Positions 18,001-36,000 of a DNA stretch of 64,000 bases are shown here, piece by piece. A program made the translations under genes and the position numbers. Under the pieces are notes generated by a model. It was not told the DNA's origin. It saw only the letters and a program-made list of their open reading frames with translations, and did not search any database. The stretch covers positions 260,028,001 to 260,092,000 of the forward strand of contig OZ024743.1 in assembly GCA_964016885.1 (NCBI GenBank), in the 5' to 3' direction. Within the stretch, counting starts at the first letter, position 1, and every line of letters starts with the position of its first letter. The stretch comes from Eledone cirrhosa. Taxonomy: Eukaryota.

Positions 18001-21000
18001 ATCAGTAACACCAACATTTCCAACACGATCATCAGCACTAACAACAACAACAGTAACACCAACATTACCAACATGATCATCAGCACTAACAACAACACCA
18101 GTAACACCAACATTACCAACACGATCATCAACACTAACAACAACATCAGTAACACCAACATTTCCAACACGATCATCAGCACTAACAACAACAACAGTAA
18201 CACCAACATTACCAACACGATCATCAACACTAACAACAACACCAGTAACACCAACATTTCCAACACGATCATCAGCACTAACAACAACACCAGTAACACC
18301 AACATTACCAACACGATCATCAGCACTAACAACAACAACAGTAACACCAACATTACCAACACCATTATCAGCACTAACAACAACAACAATAACACCAACA
18401 TTACCAACACGATCATCAGCACTAACAACAACACCAGTAACACCAACATTACCAACACGATCATCAGCACTAACAACAACACCAGTAACACCAACATTAC
18501 CAACACGATCATCAACACTAACAACAACACCAGTAACACCAACATTACCAACACGATCATCAACACTAACAACAACACCAGTAACACCAACATTACCAAC
18601 ACGATCATCAGCACTAACAACAACACCAGTAACACCAACATTACCAACACGATCATCAATACTAACAACAACACCAGTAACACCAACATTACCAACACGA
18701 TCATCAGCACTAACAACAACACCAGTAACACCAACATTACCAACACGATCATCAGCAATAACAACAACAGTAACACCAACATTACCAACACGATCATCAA
18801 CACTAACAACAACATCAGTAACACCAACATTTCCAACACGATCATCAGCACTAACAACAACAACAGTAACACCAACATTACCAACACGATCATCAACACT
18901 AACAACAACACCAGTAACACCAACATTTCCAACACGATCATCAGCACTAACAACAACACCAGTAACACCAACATTACCAACACGATCATCAGCACTAACA
19001 ACAACAACAGTAACACCAACATTACCAACACCATTATCAGCACTAACAACAACAACAATAACACCAACATTACCAACACGATCATCAGCACTAACAACAA
19101 CACCAGTAACACCAACATTACCAACACGATCATCAGCACTAACAACAACACCAGTAACACCAACATTACCAACACGATCATCAACACTAACAACAACACC
19201 AGTAACACCAACATTACCAACACGATCATCAACACTAACAACAACTCAGTAACACCAACATTACCAACACGATCATCAGCACTAACAACAACACCAGTAA
19301 CACCAACATTACCAACACGATCATCAGCACTAACAACAACAGCAGTAACACCAACATTACCAACACGATCATCAGCACTAACAACAACACCAGTAACGCC
19401 AACATTACCAACACGATCATCAGCACTAACAACAACAACAGTAACACCAACATTACCAACACCATCATCAGCACTAACAACAACAACAGTAACACCAACA
19501 TTACCAACACGATCATCAGCACTAACAACAACAGCAGTAACACCAACATTACCAACACGTTCATCAGCACTAACAACAACACCAGTAACGCCAACATTAC
19601 CAACACGATCATCAGCACTAACAACAACAACAGTAACACCAACATTACCAACACCATCATCAGCACTAACAACATCAACAGTAACACCAACATTACCAAC
19701 ACGATCATCAGCACTAACAACAACACCAGTAAAACCAACATTACCAACACGATCATCAGCACTAACAACAACACCAGTAACACCAACATTACCAACACGA
19801 TCATCAGCACTAACAACAACACCAGTAACACCAACATTACCAACACGATCATCAGCACTAACAACAACACCAATAACACCAACTTTACCAACACGATCAT
19901 CAGCACTAACAACAACAACAGTAACACCAACATTACCAACACGATCATCAGCACTAACAACAACACCAGTAACACCAACATTACCAACAGGATCATCAGC
20001 ACTAACAACAACACCAGTAACACCAACATTACCAGCACCATCATCAGCACTAACAACAACCTCAGTAACACCAACATTACCAACAGGATCATCAGCACTA
20101 ACAACACCAGCAGTAACACCAATATTACCAACACCATCATCAGCACTAACAACAACAACAGTAACACCAACATTACCAACACGATCATCAGCATTAACAA
20201 CAACAACAGTAACACCAACATTACCAACACGATCATCAGCACTAACAACACCAGCAGTAACACCAACATTACCAACACGATCATCAGCACTAACAACAAC
20301 ACCAGTAACACCAACATTACCAACACGATCATCAGCACTAACAACAACAACAGTAACACCAACATTACCAACACCATCATCAGCACAAACAACAACAACA
20401 GTAACACCAACATTACCAACACGATCATCAGCACTAACAACAACAACAGTAACACCAACATTACCAACACGATCATCAGCACTAACAACAACACCAGTAA
20501 CACCAACATTACCAACACGATCATCAGCACTAACAACAACACCAGTAACACCAACATTACCAACACCATCATCAGCACTAACAACAACAACAGTAACTAC
20601 AACATTACCAACACGATCATCAGCACTAACAACAACAACAGTAACACCAACATTAGCAACACGATCATCAGCACTAACAACAACAACAGTAACACCAACA
20701 TTAGCAACACGATCATCAGCACTAACAACAACACCAGTAACACCAACATTACCAACACCATCATCAGCACTAACAACAACAACAGTAACTACAACATTAC
20801 CAACACGATCATCAGCACTAACAACAACACCATTAACACCAACATTACCAACACGATCATCAGCACTGACAACAACATCAGTAACACCAACATTACCAAC
20901 ACGATCATCAGCACTAACAACAACACCAGTAACACCAACATTACCAACACGATCATCAGCACTAACAACAACACCAGTAACACCAACATTACCAACACGA

Positions 21001-24000
21001 TCATCAGCACTGACAACAACATCAGTAACACCAACATTACCAACACGATCATCAGCACTAACAACAACAACAGTAACGCCAACATTACCAACACGATCAT
21101 CAGCACTAACAACAACAACAGTAACACCAACATTACCAACACGATCATCAGCACTGACAACAACATCGGTAACACCAACATTACCAACACGATCATCAGC
21201 ACTAACAACAACAGCAGTAACACCAACATTACCAACACGATCATCAGCACTAACATCAGTAACACCAACATTACCAACACGATCATCAGCACTAACAACA
21301 ACACCAGTAACACCAAAATTACCAACACGATCATCAGCACTGACAACAACATCAGTAACACCAACATTACCAACACGATCATCAGCACTAACAACAACAC
21401 CAGTAACACCAACATTACCAACACGATCATCAGCACTAACAACAACACCAGTAACACCAAAATTACCAACACGATCATCAGCACTGACAACAACATCAGT
21501 AACACCAACATTACCAACACGATCATCAGCACTAACAACAACACCAGTAACACCAACATTACCAACACGATCATCAGCACTAACAACAACAGCAGTAACA
21601 CCAACATTACCAACACGATCATCAGCACTAACATCAGTAACACCAACATTACCAACACGATCATCAGCACTAACAACAACACCAGTAACACCAAAATTAC
21701 CAACACGATCATCAGCACTGACAACAACATCAGTAACACCAACATTACCAACACGATCATCAGCACTAACAACAACACCAGTAACACCAAAATTACCAAC
21801 ACGATCATCAGCACTGACAACAACATCAGTAACACCAACATTACCAACACGATCATCAGCACTGACAACAACATCAGTAACACCAACATTACCAACACGA
21901 TCATCAGCACTAACAACAACACCAGTAACACCAACATTACCAACACGATCATCAGCACTAACAACAACACCAGTAACACCAACATTACCAACACGATCAT
22001 CAGCACTAACAACAACCTCAGTAACACCAACATTACCAACACGATCATCAGCACTGACAACAACATCAGTAACACCAACATTACCAACACGATCATCAGC
22101 ACTAACAACAACATCAGTAACACCAACATTACCAACACAATCATCAGCACAGACATCAGTAACACCAACATTACCAACACGATCATCAGCACTAACAACA
22201 ACACCAGTAACACCAACATTACCAACACGATCATCAGCACTGACAACAACATCAGTAACACCAACATTACCAACACGATCATCAGCACTAACAACAACAT
22301 CAGTAACACCGACATTACCAACACGATCATCAGCACTAACATCAGTAACACCAACATTACCAACACGATCATCAGCACTAACAACAACACCAGTAACACC
22401 AACATTACCAACACGATCATCAGCACTAACAACAACACCAGTAACACCAACATTACCAACACGATCATCAGCACTAACAACAACACCAGTAACACCAACA
22501 TTACCAACACGATCATCAACACTAACAACAACAACAGTAACACCAACATTACCAACACGATCATCAGCACTAACATCAGTAACACCAACATTACCAACAC
22601 GATCATCAGCACTAACAACAACACCAGTAACACCAACATTACCAACACGATCATCAGCACTAACAACAACACCAGTAACACCAACATTACCAACACGATC
22701 ATCAGCACTAACAACAACACCAGTAACACCAACATTACCAACACGATCATCAGCACTAACAACAACAACAGTAACACCAACATTACCAACACGATCATCA
22801 GCACTAACAACAACACCAGTAACACCAACATTACCAACACGATCATCAGCACTAACAACAACACCAGTAACACCAACATTACCAACACGATCATCAGCAC
22901 TAACAACAACACCAGTAACACCAACATTACCAACACGATCATCAGCACTAACAACAACAACAGTAACACCAACATTACCAACACGATCATCAGCACTAAC
23001 ACCAGTAACACCGACATTACCAACACGATCATCAGCACTAACAACAACACCAGTAACACCAACATTACCAACACGATCATCAGCACTAACAACAACACCA
23101 GTAACACCAACATTACCAACACGATCATCAGCACTAACAACACCAGTAACACCAACATTACCAGCACGATCATCAGCACTAACAACAACAACAGTATCAC
23201 CAACATTACCAACACGATCATCAGCACTAAGACCAGTAACAGCAACATTACCAACACGATCATCAGCACTAACAACAACACCAGTAACACCAACATTACC
23301 AACACGATCATCAGCACTAACAACAACACCAGTAACACCAACATTACCAACACGATCATCAGCACTGACAACAACATCAGTAACACCAACATTACCAACA
23401 CGATCATCAGCACTAACAACAACATCAGTAACACCAACATTACCAACACGATCATCAGCACTAACATCAGTAACACCAACATTACCAACACGATCAACAG
23501 CACTAACAACAACACCAGTAACACCAACATTACCAACACGATCATCAGCACTAACAACAACACCAGTAACACCAACATTACCAACACGATCATCAACACT
23601 AATAACAACACCAGTAACACCAACATTACCAACACAATCATCAGCACTAACAACAACACCAGTAACACCAACATTACCAACACGATCATCAGCACTAACA
23701 ACAACACCAGTAACACCAACATTACCAACACGATCATCAGCACTGACAACAACATCAGTAACACCAACATTACCAACACGATCATCAGCACTGACAACAA
23801 CACCAGTAACACCAACATTACCAACACGATCATCAGCACTAACAACAACACCAGTAACACCAACATTACCAACACGATCATCAGCACTAACAACAACACC
23901 AGTAACACCAACATTACCAACACGATCATCAGCACTAACAACAACATCAGTAACACCAACATTACCAACACGATCATCAGCACTAACAACAACAACAGTA

Positions 24001-27000
24001 ACACCAACATTACCAACACGATCATCAGCACTAACAACAACATCAGTAACACCAACATTACCAACACGATCATCAGCACTAACATCAGTAACACCAACAT
24101 TACCAACACGATCATCAGCACTAACAACAACACCAGTAACACCAACATTACCAACACGATCATCAGCACTAACAACAACATCAGTAACACCAACATTACC
24201 AACACGATCATCAACACTAACAACAACAACAGTAACACCAACATTACCAACACCATCATCAGCACTAACAACAACAACAGTAACACCAACATTACCAACA
24301 CGATCATCAGCACTAACAACAACACCAGTAACACCAACATTACCAACACCATCATCAGCACTAACAACAACAACAGTAACACCAACATTACCAACACGAT
24401 CATCAGCACTAACAACAACAACAGTAACACCAACATTACCAACACGATGATCAGCACTAACAACAACAACAGTAACACCAACATTACCAACACGATCATC
24501 AGCACTAACAACAACACCAGTAACACCAACATTACCAACACGATCATCAGCACTGACAACAACATCAGTAACACCAACATTACCAACACGATCATCAGCA
24601 CTAACAACAACACCAGTAACACCAACATTACCAACACGATCATCAGCACTAACAACAACACCAGTAACACCAACATTACCAACACGATCATCAACACTAA
24701 CAACAACAACAGTAACACCAACATTACCAACACAATCATCAGCACTAACAACAACATCAGTAACACCAACATTACCAACACGATCATCAGCACTAACAAC
24801 AACACCAGTAACACCAACATTACCAACACGATCATCAGCACTGACAACAACATCAGTAACACCAACATTACCAACACGATCATCAGCACTAACAACAACA
24901 CCAGTAACACCAACATTACCAACACAATCATCAGCACTGACATCAGTAACACCAACATTACCAACACGATCATCAGCACTAACAACAACACCAGTAACAC
25001 CAACATTACCAACACGATCATCAGCACTGACAACAACATCAGTAACACCAACATTACCAACACGATCATCAGCACTAACAACAACATCAGTAACACCAAC
25101 ATTACCAACACGATCATCAGCACTAACATCAGTAACACCAACATTACCAACACGATCATCAGCACTAACAACAACACCAGTAACACCAACATTACCAACA
25201 CGATCATCAGCACTAACAACAACACCAGTAACACCAACATTACCAACACGATCATCAGCACTAACAACAACACCAGTAACACCAACATTACCAACAAGAT
25301 CATCAACACTAACAACAACAACAGTAACACCAACATTACCAACACGATCATCAGCACTAACATCAGTAACACCAACATTACCAACACGATCATCAGCACT
25401 AACAACAACACCAGTAACACCAACATTACCAACACGATCATCAGCACTAACAACAACACCAGTAACACCAACATTACCAACACGATCATCAGCACTAACA
25501 ACACCAGTAACACCAACATTACCAGCACGATCATCAGCACTAACAACAACAACAGTATCACCAACATTACCAACACGATCATCAGCACTAAGACCAGTAA
25601 CACCAACATTACCAACACGATCATCAGCACTAACAACAACACCAGTAACACCAACATTACCAACACGATCATCAGCACTAACAACAACACCAGTAACACC
25701 AACATTACCAACACGATCATCAGCCCTAACAAAAACACCAGTAACACCAACATTACCAACACGATCATCAGCACTAACAACAACACCAGTAACACCAACA
25801 TTACCAACACGATCATCAGCACTAACAACACCAGTAACACCAACATTACCAGCACGATCATCAGCACTAACAACAACAACAGTATCACCAACATTACCAA
25901 CACGATCATCAGCACTAAGACCAGTAACACCAACATTACCAACACGATCATCAGCACTAACAACAACACCAGTAACACCAACATTACCAACACGATCATC
26001 AGCACTAACAACAACACCAGTAACACCAACATTACCAACACGATCATCAGCCCTAACAAAAACACCAGTAACACCAACATTACCAACACGATAATCAGCA
26101 CTAACAACAACACCAGTAACACCAACATTACCAACACGATCTTCAGCACTAACAACAACACCAGTAACACCAACATTACCAACACGATCATCAGCACTAA
26201 CAACAACACCAGTAACACCAACATTACCAACACGATCATCAGCACTAACAACAACACCAATAACACCAACATTACCAACACGATCATCAGCACTAACAAC
26301 AACACCAGTAACACCAACATACCAACACGATCATCAGCACTAACAACAACACCAGTAACACCAACATTACCAACACGATCATCAGCACTAACAACAACAC
26401 CAGTAACACCAACATTACCAACACGATCATCAGCACTAACAACAACACCAGTAACACCAACATTACCAACACGATCATCAGCACTAACAACAACACCAGT
26501 AACACCAACATTACCAACACGATCATCAGCACTAACAACAACACCAGTAACACCAACATTACCAACACGATCATCAGCACTAACAACAACACCAGTAACA
26601 CCAACATTACCAACACGATCATCAGCACTAACAACAACAACAGTAACACCAACATTACCAGCACGATCATCAGCACTAACAACAACATCAGTAACACCAA
26701 CATTACCAACACGATCATCAGCACTAACAACAGCACCAGTAACACCAACATTACCAACACGATCATCAGCACTAACAACAACACCAGTAACACCAACAAT
26801 ACCAACACGATCATCAGCACTAACAACAACAACAGTAACACCAACATTACCAACACGATCATCAGCACTAACACCAGAAACACCAACATTACCAACACGA
26901 CCATCAGCACTAACAACAACACCAGTAACACCAACATTACCAACACGATCATCAGCACTAACAACAACACCAGTAACACCAACATACCAACACGATCATC

Positions 27001-30000
27001 AGCACTAACAACAACACCAGTAACACCAACATTACCAACACGATCATCAGCACTAACACCAGTAACACCAACATTACCAACACGATCATCAGCACTAACA
27101 ACAACACCAGTAACACCAACATTACAAACACGATCATCAGCACTAACAACAACAACAGTAATACCAACATTACCAACACGATCATCAGCACTAACAACAA
27201 CACCAGTAACACCAACATTACCAACACGATCATCAGCACTAACAACACCAGTAACACCAACATTACCAACACGATCATCAGCACTAACAACAACACCAAT
27301 AACACCAACATTACCAACACGATCATCAACACTAACAACAACACCAGTAACACCAACATACCAACACGATCATCAGCACTAACAACAACACCAGTAACAC
27401 CAACATTACCAACACGATCATCAGCACTAACAACAACACCAGTAACACCAACATACCAACACGATCATCAGCACTAACAACAACACCAGTAACACCAACA
27501 TTACCAACACGATCATCAGCACTAACAACAACACCAGTAACACCAACATTACCAACACGATCATCAGCACTAACAACAACACCAGTAACACCAACATTAC
27601 CAACACGATCATCAGCACTAACAACAACACCAGTAACACCAACATTACCAACACGATCATCAGCACTAACAACAACACCAGTAACACCAACATTACCAAC
27701 ACGATCATCAGCACTAACAACAACACCAGTAACACCAACATTACCAACACGATCATCAGCACTAACATCAGTAACACCAACATTACCAACACGATCATCA
27801 GCACTAACAACAACACCAGTAACACCAACATTACCAACACGATCATCAGCACTAACAACAACACCAGTAACACCAACATTACCAACACGATCATCAACAC
27901 TAACAACAACAACAGTAACACCAACATTACCAACACGATCATCAGCACTAACAACAACACCAGTAACACCAACATTACCAACACGATCATCAACACTAAC
28001 AACAACAACAGTAACACCAACATTACCAACACGATCATCAGCACTAACAACAACATCAGTGACACCAACATTACCAACACGATCATCAGCACTAACATCA
28101 GTAACACCAACATTACCAACACGATCATCAGCACTAACAACAACACCAGTAACACCAACATTACCAACACGATCATCAGCACTAACAACAACACCAGTAA
28201 CACCAACATTACCAACACGATCATCAACACTAACAACAACAACAGTAACACCAACATTACCAACACGATCATCAGCACTAACAACAACAACAGTAACACC
28301 AACATTACCAACACGATCATCAGCACTAACAACAACATCAGTAACACCAACATTACCAACACCATCATCAGCACTAACAACAACAACAGTAACACCAACA
28401 TTACCAACACGATCATCAGCACTAACAACAACAACAGTAACACCAACATTACCAACACGATCATCAGCACTAACAACAACAACAGTAACACCAACATTAC
28501 CAACACGATCATCAGCACTAACAACAACACCAGTAACACCAACATTACCAACACGATCATCAGCACTGACAACAACACCAGTAACACCAACATTACCAAC
28601 ACGATCATCAGCACTAACAACAACACCAGTAACACCAACATTACCAACACGATCATCAGCACTAACAACAACATCAGTAACACCAACATTACCAACACAA
28701 TCATCAGCACTGACATCAGTAACACCAACATTACCAACACGATCATCAGCACTAACAACAACACCAGTAACACCAACATTACCAACACGATCATCAGCAC
28801 TGACAACAACATCAGTAACACCAACATTACCAACACGATCATCAGCACTAACAACAACACCAGTAACACCAACATTACCAACACGATCATCAGCACTAAC
28901 AACAACACCAGTAACACCAACATTACCAACACGATCATCAGCACTGACAACAACACCAGTAACACCAACATTACCAACACGATCATCAGCACTAACAACA
29001 ACACCAGTAACACCAACATTACCAACACGATCATCAGCACTAACAACAACACCAGTAACACCAACATTACCAACACAATCATCAGCACTGACATCAGTAA
29101 CACCAACATTACCAACACGATCATCAGCACTAACAACAACACCAGTAACACCAACATTACCAACACGATCATCAGCACTGACAACAACATCAGTAACACC
29201 AACATTACCAACACGATCATCAGCACTAACAACAACACCAGTAACACCAACATTACCAACACGATCATCAGCACTAACAACAACACCAGTAACACCAACA
29301 TTACCAACACGATCATCAGCACTAACAATAACATCAGTAACACCAACATTACCAACACGATCATCAGCACTAACAACAACAACAGTAACACCAACATTAC
29401 CAACACGATCATCAGCACTAACATCAGTAACACCAACATTACCAACACGATCATCAGCACTAACAACAACACCAGTAACACCAACATTACCAACACGATC
29501 ATCAGCACTAACAACAACACCAGTAACACCAACATTACCAACACGAATATCAGCACTAACAACAACACCAGTAACACCAACATTACCAACACGAACATCA
29601 GCACTAACAACAACACCAGTAACACCAACATTACCAACATGATCATCAGCACTAACAACAACAACAGTAACACCAACATTACCAACACGATCATCAGCAC
29701 TAACAACAACACCAGTAACACCAACATTACCAACACGATCATCAGCACTAACAATAACATCAGTAACACCAACATTACCAACACGATCATCAGCACTAAC
29801 AACAACAACAGTAACACCAACATTACCAACACGATCATCAGCACTAACATCAGTAACACCAACATTACAAACACCATCATCAGCACTAACAACAACAACA
29901 GTAACACCAACATTACCAATACGATCATCAGCACTAACAACAACAACAGTAACACCAACATTACCAACACGATCATCAGCACTAACAACAACAACAGTAA

Positions 30001-33000
30001 CACCAACATTACCAACACGATCATCGGCACGAACAACAACAACAGTAACACCAACATTACCAACACGATCATCAGCACTAACAACAACAACAGTAACACC
30101 AACATTACCAACACGATCATCAGAACTAACAACAACATCAGTAACACCAACATTACCAACACCATCATCAGCACTAACAACAACACCAGTAACACCAACA
30201 TTACCAACACGATCATCAGCACTAACAACAACAACAGTAACACCAACATTACCAACACGATCATCAGCACTAACAACAACACCAGTAACACCAACATTAC
30301 CAACACGATCATTAGCACTAACAACAACAACAGTAACACCAACATTACCAACACGATCATCAGCACTAACAACAACAACAGTAACACCAACATTACCAAC
30401 ACGATCATCAGCACTAACAACAACACCAGTAACACCAACATTACCAACACGATCATCAGCACTAACAACAACACCAGTAACACCAACATTACCAACACGA
30501 TCATCAACACTAACAACAACAACAGTAACACCAACATTACCAACACGATCATCAGCACTAACAACAACAACAGTAACACCAACATTACCAACACGATCAT
30601 CAGCACTAACAACAACATCAGTAACACCAACATTACCAACACCATCATCAGCACTAACAACAACAACAGTAACACCAACATTACCAACACGATCATCAGC
30701 ACTAACAACAACAACAGTAACACCAACATTACCAACACGATCATCAGCACTAACAACAACAACAGTAACACCAACATTACCAACACGATCATCAGCACTA
30801 ACAACAACACCAGTAACACCAACATTACCAACACGATCATCAGCACTGACAACAACACCAGTAACACCAACATTACCAACACGAACATCAGCACTAACAA
30901 CAACACCAGTAACACCAACATTACCAACACGATCATCAGCACTAACAACAACACCAGTAACACCAACATTACCAACACGATCATCAGCACTAACAACAAC
31001 ATCAGTAACACCAACATTACCAACACAATCATCAGCACTGACATCAGTAACACCAACATTACCAACACGATCATCAGCACTAACAACAACACCAGTAACA
31101 CCAACATTACCAACACGATCATCAGCACTGACAACAACATCAGTAACACCAACATTACCAACACGATCATCAGCACTAACAACAACACCAGTAACACCAA
31201 CATTACCAACACGATCATCAGCACTAACAACAACACCAGTAACACCAACATTACCAACACGATCATCAGCACTAACAATCACATCAGTAACACCAACATT
31301 ACCAACACGATCATCAGCACTAACAACAACACCAGTAACACCAACATTACCAACACGATCATCAGCACTAACAACAACACCAGTAACACCAACATTACCA
31401 ACACGATCATCAGCACTAACAATCACATCAGTAACACCAACATTACCAACACGATCATCAGCACTAACAACAACACCAGTAACACCAACATTACCAACAC
31501 GATCATCAGCACTAACAATCACATCAGTAACACCAACATTACCAACACGATCATCAGCACTAACAACAACACCAGTAACACCAACATTACCAACACGATC
31601 ATCAGCACTAACAATCACACCAGTAACACCAACATTACCAACACGATCATCAGCACTAACAACAACAACAGTAACACCAACATTACCAACACGATCATCA
31701 GCACTAACATCAGTAACACCAACATTACCAACACGATCATCAGCACTAACAACAACACCAGTAACACCAACATTACCAACACGATCATCAGCACTAACAA
31801 CAACACCAGTAACACCAACATTACCAACACGAATATCAGCACTAACAACAACACCAGTAACACCAACATTACCAACACGAACATCAGCACTAACAACAAC
31901 ACCAGTAACACCAACATTACCAACATGATCATCATCACTAACAACAACAACAGTAACACCAACATTACCAACACGATCATCAGCACTAACAACAACACCA
32001 GTAACACCAACATTACCAACACGATCATCAGCACTAACAATAACATCAGTAACACCAACATTACCAACACGATCATCAGCACTAACAACAACAACAGTAA
32101 CACCAACATTACCAACACGATCATCAGCACTAACATCAGTAACACCAACATTACAAACACCATCATCAGCACTAACAACAACAACAGTAACACCAACATT
32201 ACCAATACGATCATCAGCACTAACAACAACAACAGTAACACCAACATTACCAACACGATCATCGGCACGAACAACAACAACAGTAACACCAACATTACCA
32301 ACACGATCATCAGCACTAACATCAGTAACACCAACATTACCAACACCATCGTCAGCACTAACAACAACAACAGTAACACCAACATTACCAACACGATCAT
32401 CAGAACTAACAACAACATCAGTAACACCAACATTACCAACACCATCATCAGCACTAACAACAACACCAGTAACACCAACATTACCAACACGATCATCAGC
32501 ACTAACAACAACAGCAGTAACACCAACATTACCAACACGATCATCAGCACTAACAACAACAACAGTAACACCAACATTACCAACACGATCATCAACACTA
32601 ACAACAACACAGTAACACCAACATTACCAACAGGATCATCAGCACTAACAACAATACCGGTAACACCAACATTACCAACACGATCATCAGAACTAACAAC
32701 AACAACAGTAACACCAACATTACCAACACGATCATCAGCACTAACAACAACAGCAGCAACACCAAGATTACCAACACGATCATCAGCACTAACAACAACA
32801 CAGTAACACCAACATTACCAACAGGATCATCAGCAGTAACAACAACATCAGTAACACCAACATTACCAACACGATCATCAGCACTAACAATAACACCAGA
32901 AACACCAACATTACCAACACGATCATCAGCACTAACAACAACACCAGTAACACCAACATTACCAACACGATTATCAGCACTAACAATAACACCAGTAACA

Positions 33001-36000
33001 CCAACATTAGCAACACGATCATCAGCACTAACAACAACATCAGTAACTCCAACATTACCAACACGAACATCAGCACTAACAACAACACCAGTAACACCAA
33101 CATTACCAACACGATCATCAGCACTAACAATAACACCAGTAACACCAACATTACCAACACGATCATCAGCACTAACAACAACACCAGTAACACCAACATT
33201 ACCAACACGATCATCAGCACTAACAATAACATCAGTAACACCAACATTACCAACACGATCATCAGCACTAACAACAACAACAGTAACACCAACATTACCA
33301 ACACGATCATCAGCACTAACATCAGTAACACCAACATTACCAACACGATCATCAGCACTAACAATAACACCAAGAACACCAACATTACCAACACGATCAT
33401 CAGCACTAACAACAACACCAGTAAGACCAACATTACCAACACGATCATTAGCACTAACAACAACAACAGTAACACCAACATTACCAACACGATCATCAGC
33501 ACTAACAACAACAACAGTAACACCAACATTACCAACACGATCATCAGCACTAACAACAACACCAGTAACACCAACATTACCAACACGATCATCAGCACTA
33601 ACAACAACACCAGTAACACCAACATTACCAACACGATCATCAACACTAACAACAACAACAGTAACACCAACATTACCAACACGATCATCAGCACTAACAA
33701 CAACAACAGTAACACCAACATTACCAACACGATCATCAGCACTAACAACAACATCAGTAACACCAACATTACCAACACCATCATCAGCACTAACAACAAC
33801 AACAGTAACACCAACATTACCAACACGATCATCAGCACTAACAACAACAACAGTAACACCAACATTACCAACACGATCATCAGCACTAACAACAACAACA
33901 GTAACACCAACATTACCAACACGATCATCAGCACTAACAACAACACCAGTAACACCAACATTACCAACACGATCATCAGCACTGACAACAACACCAGTAA
34001 CACCAACATTACCAACACGAACATCAGCACTAACAACAACACCAGTAACACCAACATTACCAACACGATCATCAGCACTAACAACAACACCAGTAACACC
34101 AACATTACCAACACGATCATCAGCACTAACAACAACATCAGTAACACCAACATTACCAACACAATCATCAGCACTGACATCAGTAACACCAACATTACCA
34201 ACACGATCATCAGCACTAACAACAACACCAGTAACACCAACATTACCAACACGATCATCAGCACTGACAACAACATCAGTAACACCAACATTACCAACAC
34301 GATCATCAGCACTAACAACAACACCAGTAACACCAACATTACCAACACGATCATCAGCACTAACAACAACACCAGTAACACCAACATTACCAACACGATC
34401 ATCAGCACTAACAATCACATCAGTAACACCAACATTACCAACACGATCATCAGCACTAACAACAACACCAGTAACACCAACATTACCAACACGATCATCA
34501 GCACTAACAACAACACCAGTAACACCAACATTACCAACACGATCATCAGCACTAACAATCACATCAGTAACACCAACATTACCAACACGATCATCAGCAC
34601 TAACAACAACACCAGTAACACCAACATTACCAACACGATCATCAGCACTAACAATCACATCAGTAACACCAACATTACCAACACGATCATCAGCACTAAC
34701 AACAACACCAGTAACACCAACATTACCAACACGATCATCAGCACTAACAATCACACCAGTAACACCAACATTACCAACACGATCATCAGCACTAACAACA
34801 ACAACAGTAACACCAACATTACCAACACGATCATCAGCACTAACATCAGTAACACCAACATTACCAACACGATCATCAGCACTAACAACAACACCAGTAA
34901 CACCAACATTACCAACACGATCATCAGCACTAACAACAACACCAGTAACACCAACATTACCAACACGAATATCAGCACTAACAACAACACCAGTAACACC
35001 AACATTACCAACACGAACATCAGCACTAACAACAACACCAGTAACACCAACATTACCAACATGATCATCATCACTAACAACAACAACAGTAACACCAACA
35101 TTACCAACACGATCATCAGCACTAACAACAACACCAGTAACACCAACATTACCAACACGATCATCAGCACTAACAATAACATCAGTAACACCAACATTAC
35201 CAACACGATCATCAGCACTAACAACAACAACAGTAACACCAACATTACCAACACGATCATCAGCACTAACATCAGTAACACCAACATTACAAACACCATC
35301 ATCAGCACTAACAACAACAACAGTAACACCAACATTACCAATACGATCATCAGCACTAACAACAACAACAGTAACACCAACATTACCAACACGATCATCG
35401 GCACGAACAACAACAACAGTAACACCAACATTACCAACACGATCATCAGCACTAACATCAGTAACACCAACATTACCAACACCATCGTCAGCACTAACAA
35501 CAACAACAGTAACACCAACATTACCAACACGATCATCAGAACTAACAACAACATCAGTAACACCAACATTACCAACACCATCATCAGCACTAACAACAAC
35601 ACCAGTAACACCAACATTACCAACACGATCATCAGCACTAACAACAACAGCAGTAACACCAACATTACCAACACGATCATCAGCACTAACAACAACAACA
35701 GTAACACCAACATTACCAACACGATCATCAACACTAACAACAACACAGTAACACCAACATTACCAACAGGATCATCAGCACTAACAACAATACCGGTAAC
35801 ACCAACATTACCAACACGATCATCAGAACTAACAACAACAACAGTAACACCAACATTACCAACACGATCATCAGCACTAACAACAACAGCAGCAACACCA
35901 AGATTACCAACACGATCATCAGCACTAACAACAACACAGTAACACCAACATTACCAACAGGATCATCAGCAGTAACAACAACATCAGTAACACCAACATT